DNA of 64,000 nucleotides, taken from the NCBI GenBank assembly GCA_043228905.1, contig JBHGNT010000004.1, forward strand, positions 19,034,001 through 19,098,000, written 5' to 3'. Source of the stretch: Azolla caroliniana. Its lineage: Eukaryota; Plantae; Polypodiophyta. Under the pieces are notes generated by a model. The model had not been told where the DNA came from. It saw only the letters and a list, made by a program, of their open reading frames with translations, and made no database searches. The translations under genes and the position numbers were made by a program. Shown piece by piece: positions 1 through 13,429 of this stretch. Numbering within the stretch: position 1 is the first letter of the stretch; each line of letters opens with the position of its first letter.

Positions 1-2718
1 TGGAGCCATAACAAGCTCGATTTGATCCATTCGGATGTGTGGGGACCAGTGCAGAACGTAAGCATCGGTGGGAGTCGTTACTTTGTAACCTTCATTGATG
101 ACTACACTTGACACACCTTGGCATGCTTGGTCAAGAAGAAAGACAAAGTCTTCTCCTGTTATTGAAGGTGAAGAACCTTTCCGAATGGGAGATAGGCCGG
201 AAGATCAAGTGCCTCAGGTCCGATGGTGGAAAAGAGTATTTTTTCAACCAGTTCTCAAGCTATCGGCAAAAGGAGGGAATTCGACAGGAGTTCTCTTACA
301 GATACACACCAGAGCAGAATGGTGTGGCTGAACAGAAGAATCGGCGATAGAGGAAACAACATAGGCAATGCTTGAAGAGAAGCATATGCCGATGTTCTAC
401 TAGGCCGAAGCAATTCGGACATCCGCATATCTTCAGAATCGGACAACTGCAACTGGAGGAAAAGTGTCGCCACATGAGTTGTACTTCGGGAAGAAGACGA
501 ACTTGGTACACTTGAGGGTGTTCGACAACATAGTATATCTGCATGTGCTGAATGAGAAGCAGAGGAAGGTAGATGCCAAAGAAGAGAAGTGTATATTGGT
601 CGGATACTCAGATGAGCAGAAGGGTTATAAGTGTTATAAGCCCTAATCGAAACAGGTCTGAGTTAGTCGCGATGTCATATTTGACGAGTCAGCTTCATGG
701 TACTTGCCTCCATCTCCAACCCCCATCAACTCCGTTCCAAATTCTGAAGATGAGGCTAGTGAGGCCAACTCTCTGAATGAGGGAGATATCAGAACTCTAG
801 AAGAGAGTCTGATATCATTCCGACTAAGTGGGCCGAATGAGAGACTGAGTCGGAATGACCAATCGGATAATGAGCCGGCAAGCAGTGAAAACTCGGTCGT
901 GCACTACCGGTGCATCAAATCTTAGTGAATCTGAAGCGGCCATGAACGAAGATGGACCTCTGAAAACGAGGTCTGAATCGGTCAAGAGGGCCGTGAAATC
1001 AGTGACGTAAAAGTTGTGCCGATCAATCCGCCAGAGGAATCTCGTCATTCGGTACAGATACAACGACTATATGGCACATCGTTATGCATATATGGCAAAG
1101 GTGGTGGAAGTGCATGAGCCGGAGAGCTACATAGAGGCGGAAAAGGACGTAAAATGGCATGCTGGCATGGAGGAAGAGATGTGAGCATTAGCGTAAAACG
1201 AGTCATGGGACCTGGTTGACGCCCCCAAAAGTGTGAAGTTGATTGGGTGCAGGTGGGTGTACAAAGTCAAGTACAATGCCGACGGCTCCATCAACCGATA
1301 CAACGCCCGACTGGTGACGAAGGGCTACGCGCAGACACACAGCATCGACTACGATGAGATATTTGCGCCAGTCGCCAAGATGACGACCATCCATGTGTTG
1401 TTGGCTGTAGCAACAATGAAGGGGTGGCATCCACATCAGATGGATGTAAAGAATGTGTTCCCACAAGGAGAGCTTCAGGAACGGGTGTACATGGTACAAC
1501 CCCCCTGATCCGAATTGAACACATCGGTAGTTTGCCGACTGAAGAAGTCCATCTACAGACTTAAGCAAGCCCACATGCATGGAATCAAAGATCATGTAGA
1601 GATTGCGTGGATGGAGTTTGCTCCGTCAAAATCGAACTCTTCATTGTTCATTCGGTGGAGTCAGACCGGACCAATAAGCATTTTGCAATATGTCAATGAT
1701 TTAGTCATTGTCGGTGCCGACTTAGAAGAAATCGGCCAAGTTAAGTCTGAACTTGCCGCATCATTCGACATGAAGGATTTAGGGAACCTTCACTACTTCC
1801 TCGGGATTGAAGTGATCCATACCCCTGAATGCATACCAATCAGCCAACGACATTATGTGTTGAGTATGCTCTTCAAATTCGGAATGACGGACTGCAAATC
1901 CATCACGACTCCTCTAGATTGAACCGTGAAACCGAATCAAGAAAGGCATGCAACCCGGCACGGTTCCGACAAATAGTCAGAAGCCTTATCTACCTGACCA
2001 TCACTCGTCCAGACCTCAACTATTCGGTTGGCTTGAGCAGTCAATTTCTGTCACAACCAACAATTGATAACCTTCAGTGCGTGCAAAGAATATTGTGATA
2101 TGTCAGCAACACGAAGGACAAGACGTTGTTGTATTGACATGACATAGCCGAATTGTTAGTCAACTACACTGATGTTGTTTGGGCGATAAATACCAACAAT
2201 CGCAGGTCAACATCAGGTTTTGCGTTCTCATTGGGAAGCACTGCAATCGCCTGGAGTAACAAGAAATAGTCGATAGTGGCACTGTCGAGCATTGAGGCTG
2301 AATATCTAGGAGCAGTTGTCGCCACATGTGAAGCCATATGGCTCAAAAGGCTATTGAAGGATCTACGTGTGGAGGTGTCCGAGCTGACAGGTATATACTG
2401 CGACAACCTCAATAGCATCCAACTTGCGAAGCACCCTGTCTTCCACACTCGAACCAAGCACATTGAGGTGCACTACCATTTTGTCTGTGAGTGTGTCCTC
2501 TCCGGTGAAGTGGAACTCGTGTATGTTTCGACTGATCGGCAGCTTGCCGATATCTTCACCAAATCTCTCGGCCTAGACATGTTGCAGAAATTCTCGGGCA
2601 TTCTTCGCATTCAGGACCTCAACATGCCAAACTTGAGGGGGAGGAGCGCAAACGAGAGGGAGGAGAGAGGTGAAGATGAAAAAACTGAATCAGATGAAGA
2701 ATTCGATTTTGGGACGAC
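1..2718 (+). mobile_element. Ty1/Copia element A, 5' portion (degenerate integrase-RT-RNase H), runs off window start
   Basis: Fragmented ORFs with Copia motifs: HSDVWGP, LRSDGGKEY and YTPEQNGVAE (INT); IGCRWVYKVK, ARLVTKGY, QMDVKN and QYVNDL (RT); IYCDN and [11 protein letters not shown] (RNase H). Many stops and frameshifts. Confidence 0.95.
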
Positions 2719-2995
2719 TATTGAGGATCAAGCACAATATAATAATAGGCACATTGGGATTTGAACCTTGTACCTTTACTTTATATACTATAAAACTTAT
2801 AATAATGATATGTATCCTTTTTTATTATACGATAAACATACTAGCATGTAATGCATAGAATGTCATGCATACATGAAGCCATGTGGCGAGCATGTGGTAA
2901 ACATGCTCGCATGCTTCATTTTATATAAAGGGGGCTTACCCCCACCATTCAATTAGACTTATTTTTAGAAGATATCTCATATCTAGATCTCAACA
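2719..2995 (+). repeat. 5' LTR of Copia B
   Basis: TATTGAGGATCAAGCAC...AGATCTCAACA. Matches 8718-8982; first TG mutated to TA. TATA box TATATAAAGGGG near 2922. Confidence 0.93.
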
Positions 2996-3008
2996 TGGTA
3001 TCAGAGCC
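2996..3008 (+). promoter_or_regulatory. Primer-binding site (tRNA-iMet)
   Basis: TGGTATCAGAGCC directly after the LTR. Confidence 0.93.
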
Positions 3009-3240
3009 ATAATCAACCGTTTATCTTTGCCAAAGATTCTCCCATAATTTCTCTATTACTTCTCCACAAACTCAACTATCAATATCAATATCTCAACAAT
3101 AATCGATTTCTTCTACGATTATCGCAACGACATATCGAAAGGCCGTCAAGCATCAAGCTATCACGAACACGCAAGCTCTTCAACAACAACGGTTTTTGGT
3201 AAACACTTTTAATTAAGATCCTTACGTACTTGCATTCAAT

Positions 3241-4489
3241 ATGTCTGTTCAAGTAGCGAAACTTGAAAAATTAACTAAAGATAATTATGCATCATGGAAG
3301 TATAAAGTCATGTTGTTTTTAAAAGCAGAAGAATTGTGGCAAATAGTTGTTAATGATAAACCTAGTCCTACAATAAAAGAAGAAGATAGAAAGGGAAAGA
3401 AAAAGAATCTGGTGTTATTGAGGATGCAAAGGATTGGAATAAAAAGGATGTACAACCCATGGTAATACTTTCAAACACTCTTTCATCATCTTTGATTCCA
3501 CATATAAAGCATTGTAATACTACTAAGGAAATGTGGAATACATTAGAAAAGATTTTTTCGAATGTATCTTCGGCTAGAAAAATGCAACTAAAAGTGCAAT
3601 TACAAAATGTTAAAATGGATAGAAACATGACAATCATGGATTATGTTGGAAAAATTAGGAAAATTGTGGATGATTTGGCATTGATAGATTGTATTGTGGA
3701 TGATGATGATATTGTGCATGTGTGTTTGAAAGGATTGCCATCAAACTTTAATATATTTAAAACATCCATTTATGTTGCTGGAATACCATCATTTGATGAG
3801 TTGATTCCTAAACTGCTACAAGAAGAACAAATTACAAGTTCATCAAAGAGTGGTAAGGATTGGAGTGAAGAACCATCTTTCTATGCTAATAGAGGAAAAT
3901 CTCTAAGAGGAAGAGGAGGAAGGTGGCAACAACGAGGAAGAAATCAAGCTCATGGGAGATGGCAAAATGAACAAATTTACAATGAAAATAAACAAGAAGG
4001 TGAGAACTACAATAACAATAATAATAGAGGGAGAGGGAGAATGCAAAGAGGACGAAAATTTCTGAATAATCAAGGTCATTTTCATGGTTATTCAGCCTCA
4101 ACTATTGAGTGTTTTTATTGTAATAAGATTGGGCATTATGTGCAAGACTGTTGGATTCGACAAAATGATATAAAGAATGGAAAATATAGTGAAAGTAATT
4201 ATGCATCCAATAGTATTACTCAAGTAGATGAACATGATGAGAATACATGTGATAAAAATGCACTTGCAGTTACAATTGGTAAGAATGCAAATAATACTTG
4301 GTATCTTGATTCTAGTTGTTCAAATCACATGACTGGAGATTGTGGTTTGTTTGACGCAACAAAGGGTTTGTCCACTCCAATTGAAATTTGTATGGGTGAT
4401 GATACATGTTATGATGTAAAAACTTGTGGAGATGTTCAATTGCATTTGTCAAATGACATGTCCAAAAAGCTAAAAGATGTGTGGTACAT
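3241..4489 (+). pseudogene. Copia B gag-protease (frameshifted near 3410, interrupted by a solo LTR)
   Basis: LTKDNYASWK gag start, RGG-rich tract, zinc knuckle CFYCNKIGHYVQDC, protease WYLDSSCSNHMTG. Confidence 0.9.
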
Positions 4490-4982
4490 TGTCGTGAAGA
4501 TTTTCGGCAATAGTGTGAAACTTGTGAGGAATATACGAAATCGAGTGTGGCTCTTCTCATGAAATATAAAACAATAATAGTGAAGATACTATTTAAATAA
4601 GTTTAATATCTTGGTACAAACAGATAGAGGTCTTAAAGAGCTTTTGAATGCACTTTACTACGTAGGAAACAGACATCTAAGTGTCAAGTTATGTGGGTAT
4701 GAAGTTTGCAAAGAAGAAGAGAAAAATAAAACAATGTGATATCCCACATAAACAGGACAAATAAGGATCCCACCATATATAACGTAGAGCAAAAGCTGTT
4801 ATATTTGTGTCTATGTGTAGACTATAGAAAGGTTAAGTTGTATGACTTAACGAATGGATGTAGCCAAATGCATATAACTATGTGTTTTGGACGGATCTGA
4901 CGATGGCGACCGACGGGGCCGACGAGACAGGTGACGGAACCAGCGATCGGTGACCGGCATCCGCCATCCGACGACCTCGAGA

Positions 4983-5466
4983 TGTGGACCGGAATGGGCC
5001 AAAACCAAACGGATACAAATAAGACGGTTCACGGTGCATGGTGTTTTAAAGATATTTGGTCCAAAAGCCTAATAGTAGTTTGTGCTTTAAAAGGGCTATA
5101 AGACTTGAACCTTGCACCTCCAAGATGAAAGGCAATAGACTTACCACTAGACTATGTCATTTCCTTAGAAATGTTTTCCTATCGTTATACTTTCACATGT
5201 AAATTCTCATATTAGAGCTTGATTTGTGGACCGGAATGGGCCAAAACCAAACGGATACAAATAAGACGGTTCACGGTGCATGGTGTTTTAAAGATATTTG
5301 GTCCAAAAGCCTAATAGTAGTTTGTGCTTTAAAAGGGCTATAAGACTTGAACCTTGCACCTCCAAGATGAAAGGCAATAGACTTACCACTAGACTATGTC
5401 ATTTCCTTAGAAATGTTTTCCTATCGTTATACTTTCACATGTAAATTCTCATATTAGAGCTTGATT
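4983..5466. repeat. 242-bp tandem duplication inside the solo LTR
   Basis: 4983-5224 and 5225-5466 appear identical (TGTGGACCGGAATGGG...GAGCTTGATT). Confidence 0.93.
5101..5154 (-). promoter_or_regulatory. tRNA-like Pol III A/B-box module in LTR (second copy at 5343-5396)
   Basis: Minus strand TAGTCTAGTGGTAAG...GAGGTGCAAGGTTCAAGTCT, A-to-B spacing 43 nt. Confidence 0.7.
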
Positions 5467-5863
5467 GAGTGACATGTGATACATGAGCGCCAAATGGCAA
5501 ACATGCATCACATGCATTACATGCATGTCTTGTACCCTCACATGCATCATATGCATGGGAGCATCTATAAAAGGGTGGATGAAAAAGATCAAAGGGGGTG
5601 ATGTATTAATCAAGAAATTAAAAGTAAGAAACTCGTTATCCAATTGATGTATCAATCTTGTTCTTGAAATCTAAAGTCAAGAGTTCAATCTTAATCTCTC
5701 TCAATCTAAAGGCAATCGTTCTATCTTATCTCTCACTCTCTCTCTTTCAATCTATCTTAATTCCTTTCTCGCTAAAGCTTGTGCAAACTTCGAATCCTTC
5801 CAATCCAGAACCCCGACGGTTCCGCCTCACAATCCGCGCGTAGTGATAGATATCTTCACGACA

Positions 5864-8723
5864 ATGTACCTGGTGTTAAAAAGAATTTAATTTCTATTGG
5901 TCAACTAGTTGAGAAAGATATGGATGTATTGTTTTTGGATGTACAATAACAAGTTCAAACAATTGAGAAGTGCTTGTAACCGGAAGAAAAGTAGGATGAA
6001 TGTTCATATTGAATGACATAGAAAAGAAATGCATGATTGCAAATGAAAAAACTGAGTTTGAGTTGTGGAATAAAAGATTAGGACATGTGAGTGCAAAAAG
6101 ATTGCTAAATATGAGTAATAATGATTTGGTTCATGGATTGCCAAAGTTTAATAGAGATTGTGTTCTACCTCTTTGTGACCCGTGTTGTAAAGCAAAGTTC
6201 ACAAGGACGGTAATGTCGATGAGGAATCCAACTTTCAAGCACCCATTTGAGTTGGTTCATACGGATGTTTGGGGTCCTTCACAAGTAGCAAGCATTGGAG
6301 GATCAAGGTATTTTGTAACATTCATTGATGATTATTCTAGAATGGTGTGGATATACTTTGTAAAAAAGAAAAATGACATTTTTACAAAGTTCATTGAATT
6401 CAAGCAAATGGTTGAAAATCAATGTAATAGAAAAATAAAAATGCTTCGAAGTGATGGAGGAATTGAGTATATGTTAAATGAATTTGATAAGTTCTTAATA
6501 GAAAATGGTATTATAAGGCAAGTCACACCTAGATACACTCCTCAAATTAATGGAGTTGTAGAAAGGAAAAATAGACATATACTAGAGACAACTAGAGCTA
6601 TGCTATTTGAAGTAAATTTGTCAAAAAGGTTTTGGGTTGATGCTTGTCACTATGGAGTGACTTTGATAAATAGAATGCCAACAGCCATAATTGGTAACAA
6701 TACTCCTTATGAATTGTTTTATAATAAAAAGCCTTGAGATGATACATTAAAAGTTTTTGGATGTATTTGCTATGTATATGTTCCTAGTCAAGTAAGGAAG
6801 AAGCTTGATGAAAAGGCTATAAAGTGTATTTTCCTAGGTATTGATGTCATAAAAAATGGATATAGATGTTTTAATATAGATTATGAGAAGTTTTACATCT
6901 CAAAGAGTGTAAAATTTGATGAAATGCAAAATAGGAAAACATTAGAATGTGATGTGCAAATGCCTTTGTCAAGTAAGCTAAGTAGCGTGGATCACAAAAA
7001 TGATGTTGATACCGAGAATGAGAAAATAGATGATTACATTGAAGAAGTCGACATAATTTGTGGGACAACTTCACAATTAAGAAGATCTAGTAGAATAAGA
7101 AAACCTATTCAGAGGTTAATATATGATAGTTGCATTGCACAACATTATCTGTTTATGGCAAAAGTTAATGATTTTATTGAGCCTAATTGTTTTGGAGATG
7201 CATATAAGAATAGAGAATGGAAGTGTGCTATGCAAGAAGAAATTGATGCATTATACAAGAATGATACATGGGAGCTAGTGCCTAGACTAAATGATAAAAA
7301 GGTAATTGGTTGTAAGTGGGTATATAAGTCTAAGTTCAATTCTAATGGTACTTTGAATAGATGTAAAGCAAGATTAGTGGCTAAAGGTTATTCTCAAACA
7401 TATGGTCTAGATTATGAGGAAACATTTTCACCAATAGTTAAAATGGCCTCTATTAGGGTTGTTATCTCTTTGGCAACATCTCTAAAATGGAATTTATATC
7501 AGATGGATGTAAAAAATGCTTTTTTGAATGGTATTTTGAAGGAAGAAGTGTTCATGGAACAACCACATGGTTTTAAGGATAATGTTAACCCTAATTATAT
7601 GTGCAAATTGAAGAGGGGCTTATATGGACTAAAACAATCACCAAGAATATGGTTTGAAAGGTTGGGAAACTACTTGAAAGTATGAACTTCAAGCAAAGTT
7701 GTGTAGACGCATCAGTTTTTAGGAATGATGGTACAAATGGTAAAATCATTATTGTTTTATACGTAGATGATCTAATTATAACAGGTGATAATGATGAACT
7801 TGTACAAAAAATAAAACATAATATGTCAAATGAGTTTGAGATGAAGGATTTAGGAGAGCTTAAGTACTTCTTGGGCATTGAAATGATTAAATGTATTAAT
7901 GGTTGGATGCTTTCTCAGAAAAATTATATGGTTGATATGCTAAAAGAATTTAGTAGGTATGATTGTAAGCCAATGCAAACACCAATGCAAGAAAGAATGA
8001 CGTTAGATGCTACTAAAAATGATGCTCTTACAAATGTCAAGATGTATCAACAAATAGTTGGAAAGCTTTTCTACTTGACAATAACAAGACTAGATATTGC
8101 ATTTTCAGTTGGTATTTTCAGTTGATATATACAAGAGCCTATGAAAGCGCACATGACGATAGTATTTAAAAAATTCTAAGATACATAAAAGGAACATTAG
8201 AATATGGTCTTTTGTATTCTAATGATAAGGTGTCTCCTAGTTCTTTTGTGACGCAGATTGGGCTGGAGATAAAGAGGCAAGAAGAAGTACAAGTGGATAT
8301 TGTTGTTCACTTGGTAGTGGAGTTGTGTCATGGTTGTCAAAGAAACAACCAACTGTTGCATTGAGCACCACAGAAGCAGAGTATAGAGTTGCAACCCAAG
8401 CTACATGTGAAGCTACATGGTTAGAGATGTTATTAAAGGATCTTGGAGTCAAAATACAAAGACCATTAGTTATCTATTGTGATAACATAAGTGCAATCTT
8501 GTTAGCAAAGAATCCTATTTTTCATGCTCATACAAAACATATTGAGGTTCATTATCATTTCGTTCGTGAAAAGATTGTCGAAGGCATCATTGATTTGAGA
8601 CATATCAAAACAGAGGATCAAGTTGCTGATATCTTCACCAAGCCATTACCAAAAGAGAAGTTTTTCAAGTTTAGAAGAAAACTTGGTCTTTATGATCTCA
8701 ATGTGCTTGAAAGGGAGTGTTGA
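5864..8723 (+). pseudogene. Copia B pol: GAG-pre-integrase, INT, RT, RNase H (disrupted)
   Basis: [65 protein letters not shown]. Several stops and frameshifts. Confidence 0.95.
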
Positions 8724-8982
8724 GGATCAAGCACGATATAATAATAGGCACATTGGAATTTGAACCTTGTACGTTTACTTTATATACTATAGAACTTATA
8801 ATAATGATATGTATCATTTATTATTATACGATAAACATACTACCATGTAATGCATAGAATGTCATGCATACATGAAGCCATGTTGTGAACATGCTCGCAT
8901 GCTTCATTTTATATAAAGGGGGCTTACCCCCACCGTTCAATTGACTTATTTTTAGAATATATCTCATATCTAGATCTCAACA
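8718..8982 (+). repeat. 3' LTR of Copia B
   Basis: TGTTGAGGATC...TCTCAACA, preceded by the PPT. Confidence 0.93.
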
Positions 8983-9961
8983 AGCCGAGGACAAGCTAGA
9001 GTCAACCAAACTTGGGATAGGAAGAGCTAAGAAAGGCAAAACTAGCAGTGGAGTCAAGAAGGATAGAACCGACCTAAAGATGAAGGTTAGGACCAGGACA
9101 TGGTCAGATATGGTCAAGGGCCTGAAGGAGGACAAATTGGAGACAATTAATTCGGACAAGAGCAAGAATGAATCGGAGACAGCCAATTCGTTCGAAGAGG
9201 ATGATTTGGAAGAGCCAAATCCCATGATGGCCACGTGGACAAGGAGGCAGACGAAACCAACGCCACAAGTGGAAGGGTGCCAATGCTGCGACAACGAGGG
9301 AGCTGAGAAGGGCCTTAGCAGCACAAAAGTTGACCGTAGGGATCGAGGAGCGCAAAACTGGAGGGGTCAAGGAGCGTTGGACCAGAGGGGTCGTAAAACG
9401 TGGAACCAGACTAGACGAGGGGCACAAGTAAGGCGTGAAGACACCAATAGAAGCCGGAAGCCAGAATCGGCAAATGTTGACACAAGGAGCAAACCTCAAG
9501 TTGAGGTCGAGGGGGAGTGTTGAGTGAGCAAGCTCAACTTGGGCCGGATCGGATGGAGACCGATCGGCTAGGCCCGAATCGGCTGAATAAGCTGAAAGCC
9601 AAATCAGTTGCAAGGCCAAATCCTATGGCCGAGTCAGATGGAATCCGATAGGCCATTAGGGGCCTATATTCCTATTATAGTAAATAGGAATATTATAAGC
9701 AGAGTTAGTGTCAGGCTCATCTATAATCATTAAAGTACTAATAGTATTTGTGTCGGCCCACTCGTCAGGGCTTGTATAAAAAGTGCTCTGTGAGCATATT
9801 GTATGTATTGAGTCTTTTTTAATAGAATTGTTTTTCGCATGTTTGCTCACTCAATCTATCTCTCTCTCTCTTACATTCTCTACGATTACCTAATGTTGCA
9901 TTCTGGATAACCGACTGTGTACTCGGTGTTTCGCATAAGCTTCCGCACGTATTCTTTTATA
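8983..9961 (+). mobile_element. Copia A 3' portion: pol C-terminal extension, PPT (9509-9517) and 3' LTR (9518 to about 9961)
   Basis: Frame resumes from the RNase H ORF and ends VEGEC-stop over GAGGGGGAG|TGTTGAG. LTR has a TATA (TATAAA near 9775). Right end inferred (TTTTATA for TTTTACA). Confidence 0.8.
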
Positions 9962-10794
9962 GAGATACAAGGAATGCTCTCCAAGAGCTACAATCACATG
10001 CGTAGATACTTATCCTTAGGTTAAATTATGTCAATGATTAAAGTTATAAGTAATGAGAGTTTTATGATATGAAGAGGGGTTTAAGCTCAATTAGCTAAAG
10101 TTTACACGAGATTTTAAGAAGAAGCTTAAAGACTTATTAAAGTGTCTTTTATAGCATTTATGATGCCCTCAAATCTTTTCACTTTGTGCCACAACTCTCT
10201 CTATTCTTATGTCCCTTGCCTTCGCACAACACTTGCTTATCTCTTTTTTACCAACATTTAGGTTTGCAAAACCTGATAGTACCCTAGAGTTTAGTACTTC
10301 AATATCAAGGATAAATAATTCGCATCAATTCTAGAATTTTATTAAGTGATAGTATCAGTACATCAAGGATTGTTGGAAGTAGCTTTACAAGTGAGTTACC
10401 AACTTATATACGTAGTAGGAGTAGTTGGTTTCTTGGATTTGTTTAGTAGTCTCTAAAAATGTTGGGATGGGATGAAACCACTTTAATATACATGTCATAG
10501 GGCAATAATTAAAGCATGTATTGCTCCTTCTTCACTATCACACGATTAAATAATTAAGTCACCTAAGCACCGAACTAAGATTGAAGATCATTAATGATCG
10601 GTGTAATTAACTATAACTAAATTTGAAGCGATCGATCGGTAGCGATCACGCGCTGGATGCGGATGCGAGCTAGACGATGATCAAGGGATGATGACGACAA
10701 ACGATGTCTTGGGTATGTATATATGTATGTATGTATGTATGTATGTACATATGTGTGTAAACAATGACCATAGGTATGGTATTGGTGATGATGG

Positions 10795-11592
10795 TCATGA
10801 GGTACCTATGCTTAGCATGGTTTTGAACTCATGTATGTCTACCATGCCATTGCCATCACCATCGACTCGACCAATCAGGTGTCGACACGTGTCCACGGCA
10901 TGGTTGGAGCTTGGTAGTAGGTCAAGGTCTTGAAGCACTATGGCCAGTTCCCATGCGCTGATGAACCCATCCCCATCCCGATCATACACCCTGAATGCTT
11001 CCATCACATCCTCCTCTTCCTCCTCTTCTAGGGTTAGGGTTTGTGGTCGATCCTGCGCTTTAGCCCTGGTTAGGGTTTCTCCTCCCTTGTTAAGTTCTCC
11101 TTCCTCTACTACTTCTTCGCGGAAGAGGGAATGATAGAAAGCTTTGAATTGAGCGAGGTCGAGATCGGTAGCTCCTGCAGAATTAGGTCTGATGGATCGA
11201 ATCAAAGAGGTCAAGCGATCATCAGACGGGAGATCGGGAATGGTGAGCTTTTGAAGAAGACATTGCAACTCATCAACACTGACACGGCCATCTCTGTTCC
11301 GATCGAGGAGGCCGAAGAGACTGGTGAGCAAAACGCTATCAGAGGAATCAAGCGCTAAGCTTTCATGGAGTTCTTGTGCGTTACAGGTAGAAGAAAGTGA
11401 CGATGAAGAAGAAGAAGAAGGAGAAGAAGAAGGAGAAGGAGAAGGAGATGAAGGAGAAGGAGAAGAAGGTCGATGAGGATTACCATACCATATTGTCTCC
11501 ATCAAGATGCAGATATTAATATTCTCTGATTCTTCTTCTTGTCCGTTGCAACGAAATGATGGTGGAGAAGGTGCGGTGATGGAGTATTCCAT
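10795..11592 (-). CDS. Calmodulin-like (CML) EF-hand calcium-binding protein, intronless; start may be Met at 11502
   Basis: EF loops DRNRDGRVSVDEL, DRDGDGFISAWEL and DGDGNGMVDIHEF, plus a degenerate second loop. Ser/Pro-rich N-terminus. Confidence 0.9.
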   Translation of the reverse strand: MEYSITAPSPPSFRCNGQEEESENINICILMETIWYGNPHRPSSPSPSSPSPSPSSSPSSSSSSSLSSTCNAQELHESLALDSSDSVLLTSLFGLLDRNRDGRVSVDELQCLLQKLTIPDLPSDDRLTSLIRSIRPNSAGATDLDLAQFKAFYHSLFREEVVEEGELNKGGETLTRAKAQDRPQTLTLEEEEEEDVMEAFRVYDRDGDGFISAWELAIVLQDLDLLPSSNHAVDTCRHLIGRVDGDGNGMVDIHEFKTMLSIGTS

Positions 11593-13429
11593 TTCTGATT
11601 TTCTCTGAAGAGTGAAAAGATTGGATTGGATGGCAAAACGTTAACGCGGCGGTGTATTTTCTTCGTGTTTCAGATTAATACGCAGGGGTATCCTGCAGGT
11701 TTTCAAATCGCGACTGCTTCTGCGAGCGGGGAAGGGAAGGCTGGTTTTTTTTTCAAATGTTTACTGTGGGAAATGGAAGTCTGGTTTTCTATATATGTTT
11801 TTGTGTGGAGCAGAAAAAAACAAAACCGCCATCAGTTTCGATGGGAGTTTCCTTTTTCGTTGTCAAAGAAAAAAAACAAACTCGGATTCGATCCGTCGTG
11901 GGTGAGCTGAGTCAAATAAATGACAAAGTCTTCTTCTTTTTTATAATTATGAAGTGTTGAGTACGGACTCCCGCGAATCGCTCGCATTACATTAATAGTG
12001 TCACCACACGACGACTCCACCATGTTTGATGTTGCCAAGGAATATCACAATACGCTTTGCACACTCATTAATCGTCCCGCTCGCCCGCCCAACACATTCT
12101 CATGATTCAGTGTGTTTTGGATGCTTTCGCGGGACTTGTGCTTTACACTAGAGATATTTTGTCTTGCTCTCTTTATGATTTGTTGTTGCATTCTCCGACC
12201 CTTACGTCGATTAATGCCTCTTATATCCATAAAAAATATAGTTTTTGACTTTGTAGTTTCCCAAAAAAATATTATTTGGAGTGCCGATGGATGAGATATA
12301 TCATGACGGCTACGATATTTATGAACATGTGGCTGATTGTATAGCCACATGTCTATCATACGTGTTTTGTTAAAATCAAATGGATAGTTTAGAGACTAAA
12401 GTAAACAGAATATATATGGGCCTACTATCCTTGACCTTTTCGATGGAAATGGACATTCAAAAGGCATATTTCCTCATTTTCTCCATTGCTTTACTTTTCT
12501 GCATGATTGTTATAGAAAATCAAGGATTTACAAACAATTTTCAAAGGAAAAGTCTAGGGGAATGAGCCATGTAACTTCTTGGAACATGATTGCACAATTA
12601 TATAAGGCATTCATATACTCTTCTTCTGGAAGTAATGAAGTCGTCACCGTGTTGCCACATTATTCCATTCTACTTCTTTTTGTTGGCAAACATTAAGAAT
12701 GTGAGGCTTTGCATTGTGATAGATATTTTTTTGGTGAAGAATGTTGGGATTTTGTAGGTGATCATTGTATGCAAAAGTTCGTCCACCAATGAGTTAATAT
12801 TGTTTTCTAGAATGAAATTTTTTAGCAGAAAATTGCTTCTCTTGTGTGTCATATTAATCCTTCCTTTACATTTATGGAGGAAAGTTGCATTTGTCCACTA
12901 ATAAACTCTAGGCCCAAGACAACAAACAATGTTAGCATGAGGTAGTAATACATTGGAACTTACACTTACCCTCCACCTTCATTATGTGGTTTTGAGGTAG
13001 TTTCCATTGCACCCACTAATTACCTTTATACAATGAGCGAAATTGATAAACAATTAATTATAATAAATTATTACTAATTTTCTATTCTAATGCTTAGTGA
13101 ATGTCTTAAGTAAAAACACAAAGCAAAGAGTTATAGCGTGGTACAAAAAATGTTCTAGGATGTAACATGTTTTATAAAGGAAAAGGCTATTTCTTGAGAC
13201 TATAATTTCATTCCATCCAAGTCTCTTGAAAAGGAGCAAGGGGGTTAAGGGTTTGGATGTTGGTGTGCTATGCGGTCTCCATGTAAATGGTATCCTAACC
13301 ATAGCTTCCAAACAGGGCAATTCCCATTCCCTTATCTTATTAATTGCTTTTACACGACAATGATAAAGTGTATAAGACAAATGATAGTCGTATACAATAT
13401 GAGGGCTTGACCAAACCAATTAGATAGAG

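Larger units (their letters stand above)
4490..5863 (+). mobile_element. Solo LTR of a Ty3/Gypsy family, related to LTR 30393-31137
   Basis: 12-bp inverted termini TGTCGTGAAGAT...ATCTTCACGACA. Flanks ACAT/ATGT (deaminated ACGT). Removing it restores Copia DVWYVPGVKKNLIS. Confidence 0.9.
2719..8982 (+). mobile_element. Full-length Ty1/Copia element B nested in element A
   Basis: Direct LTRs at 2719-2995 and 8718-8982 (about 95% alike by eye), Met PBS, gag-PR-INT-RT-RH order, PPT GAAAGGGAG at 8709-8717. Confidence 0.95.

Noticed and set aside
4490-4562. C-terminus of the 367-aa gag ORF
   Set aside because: Read-through into the inserted solo LTR.
5090-5165. LTR tRNA-like modules as functional tRNA genes (also 28500, 30646, 32130, 32244)
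   Set aside because: Acceptor and anticodon stems do not pair. Only the A/B boxes and their spacing are retained.
8977-9619. Antisense ORFs of 115 and 171 aa
   Set aside because: Shadows of the purine-rich Copia extension and LTR, with no recognisable domain.
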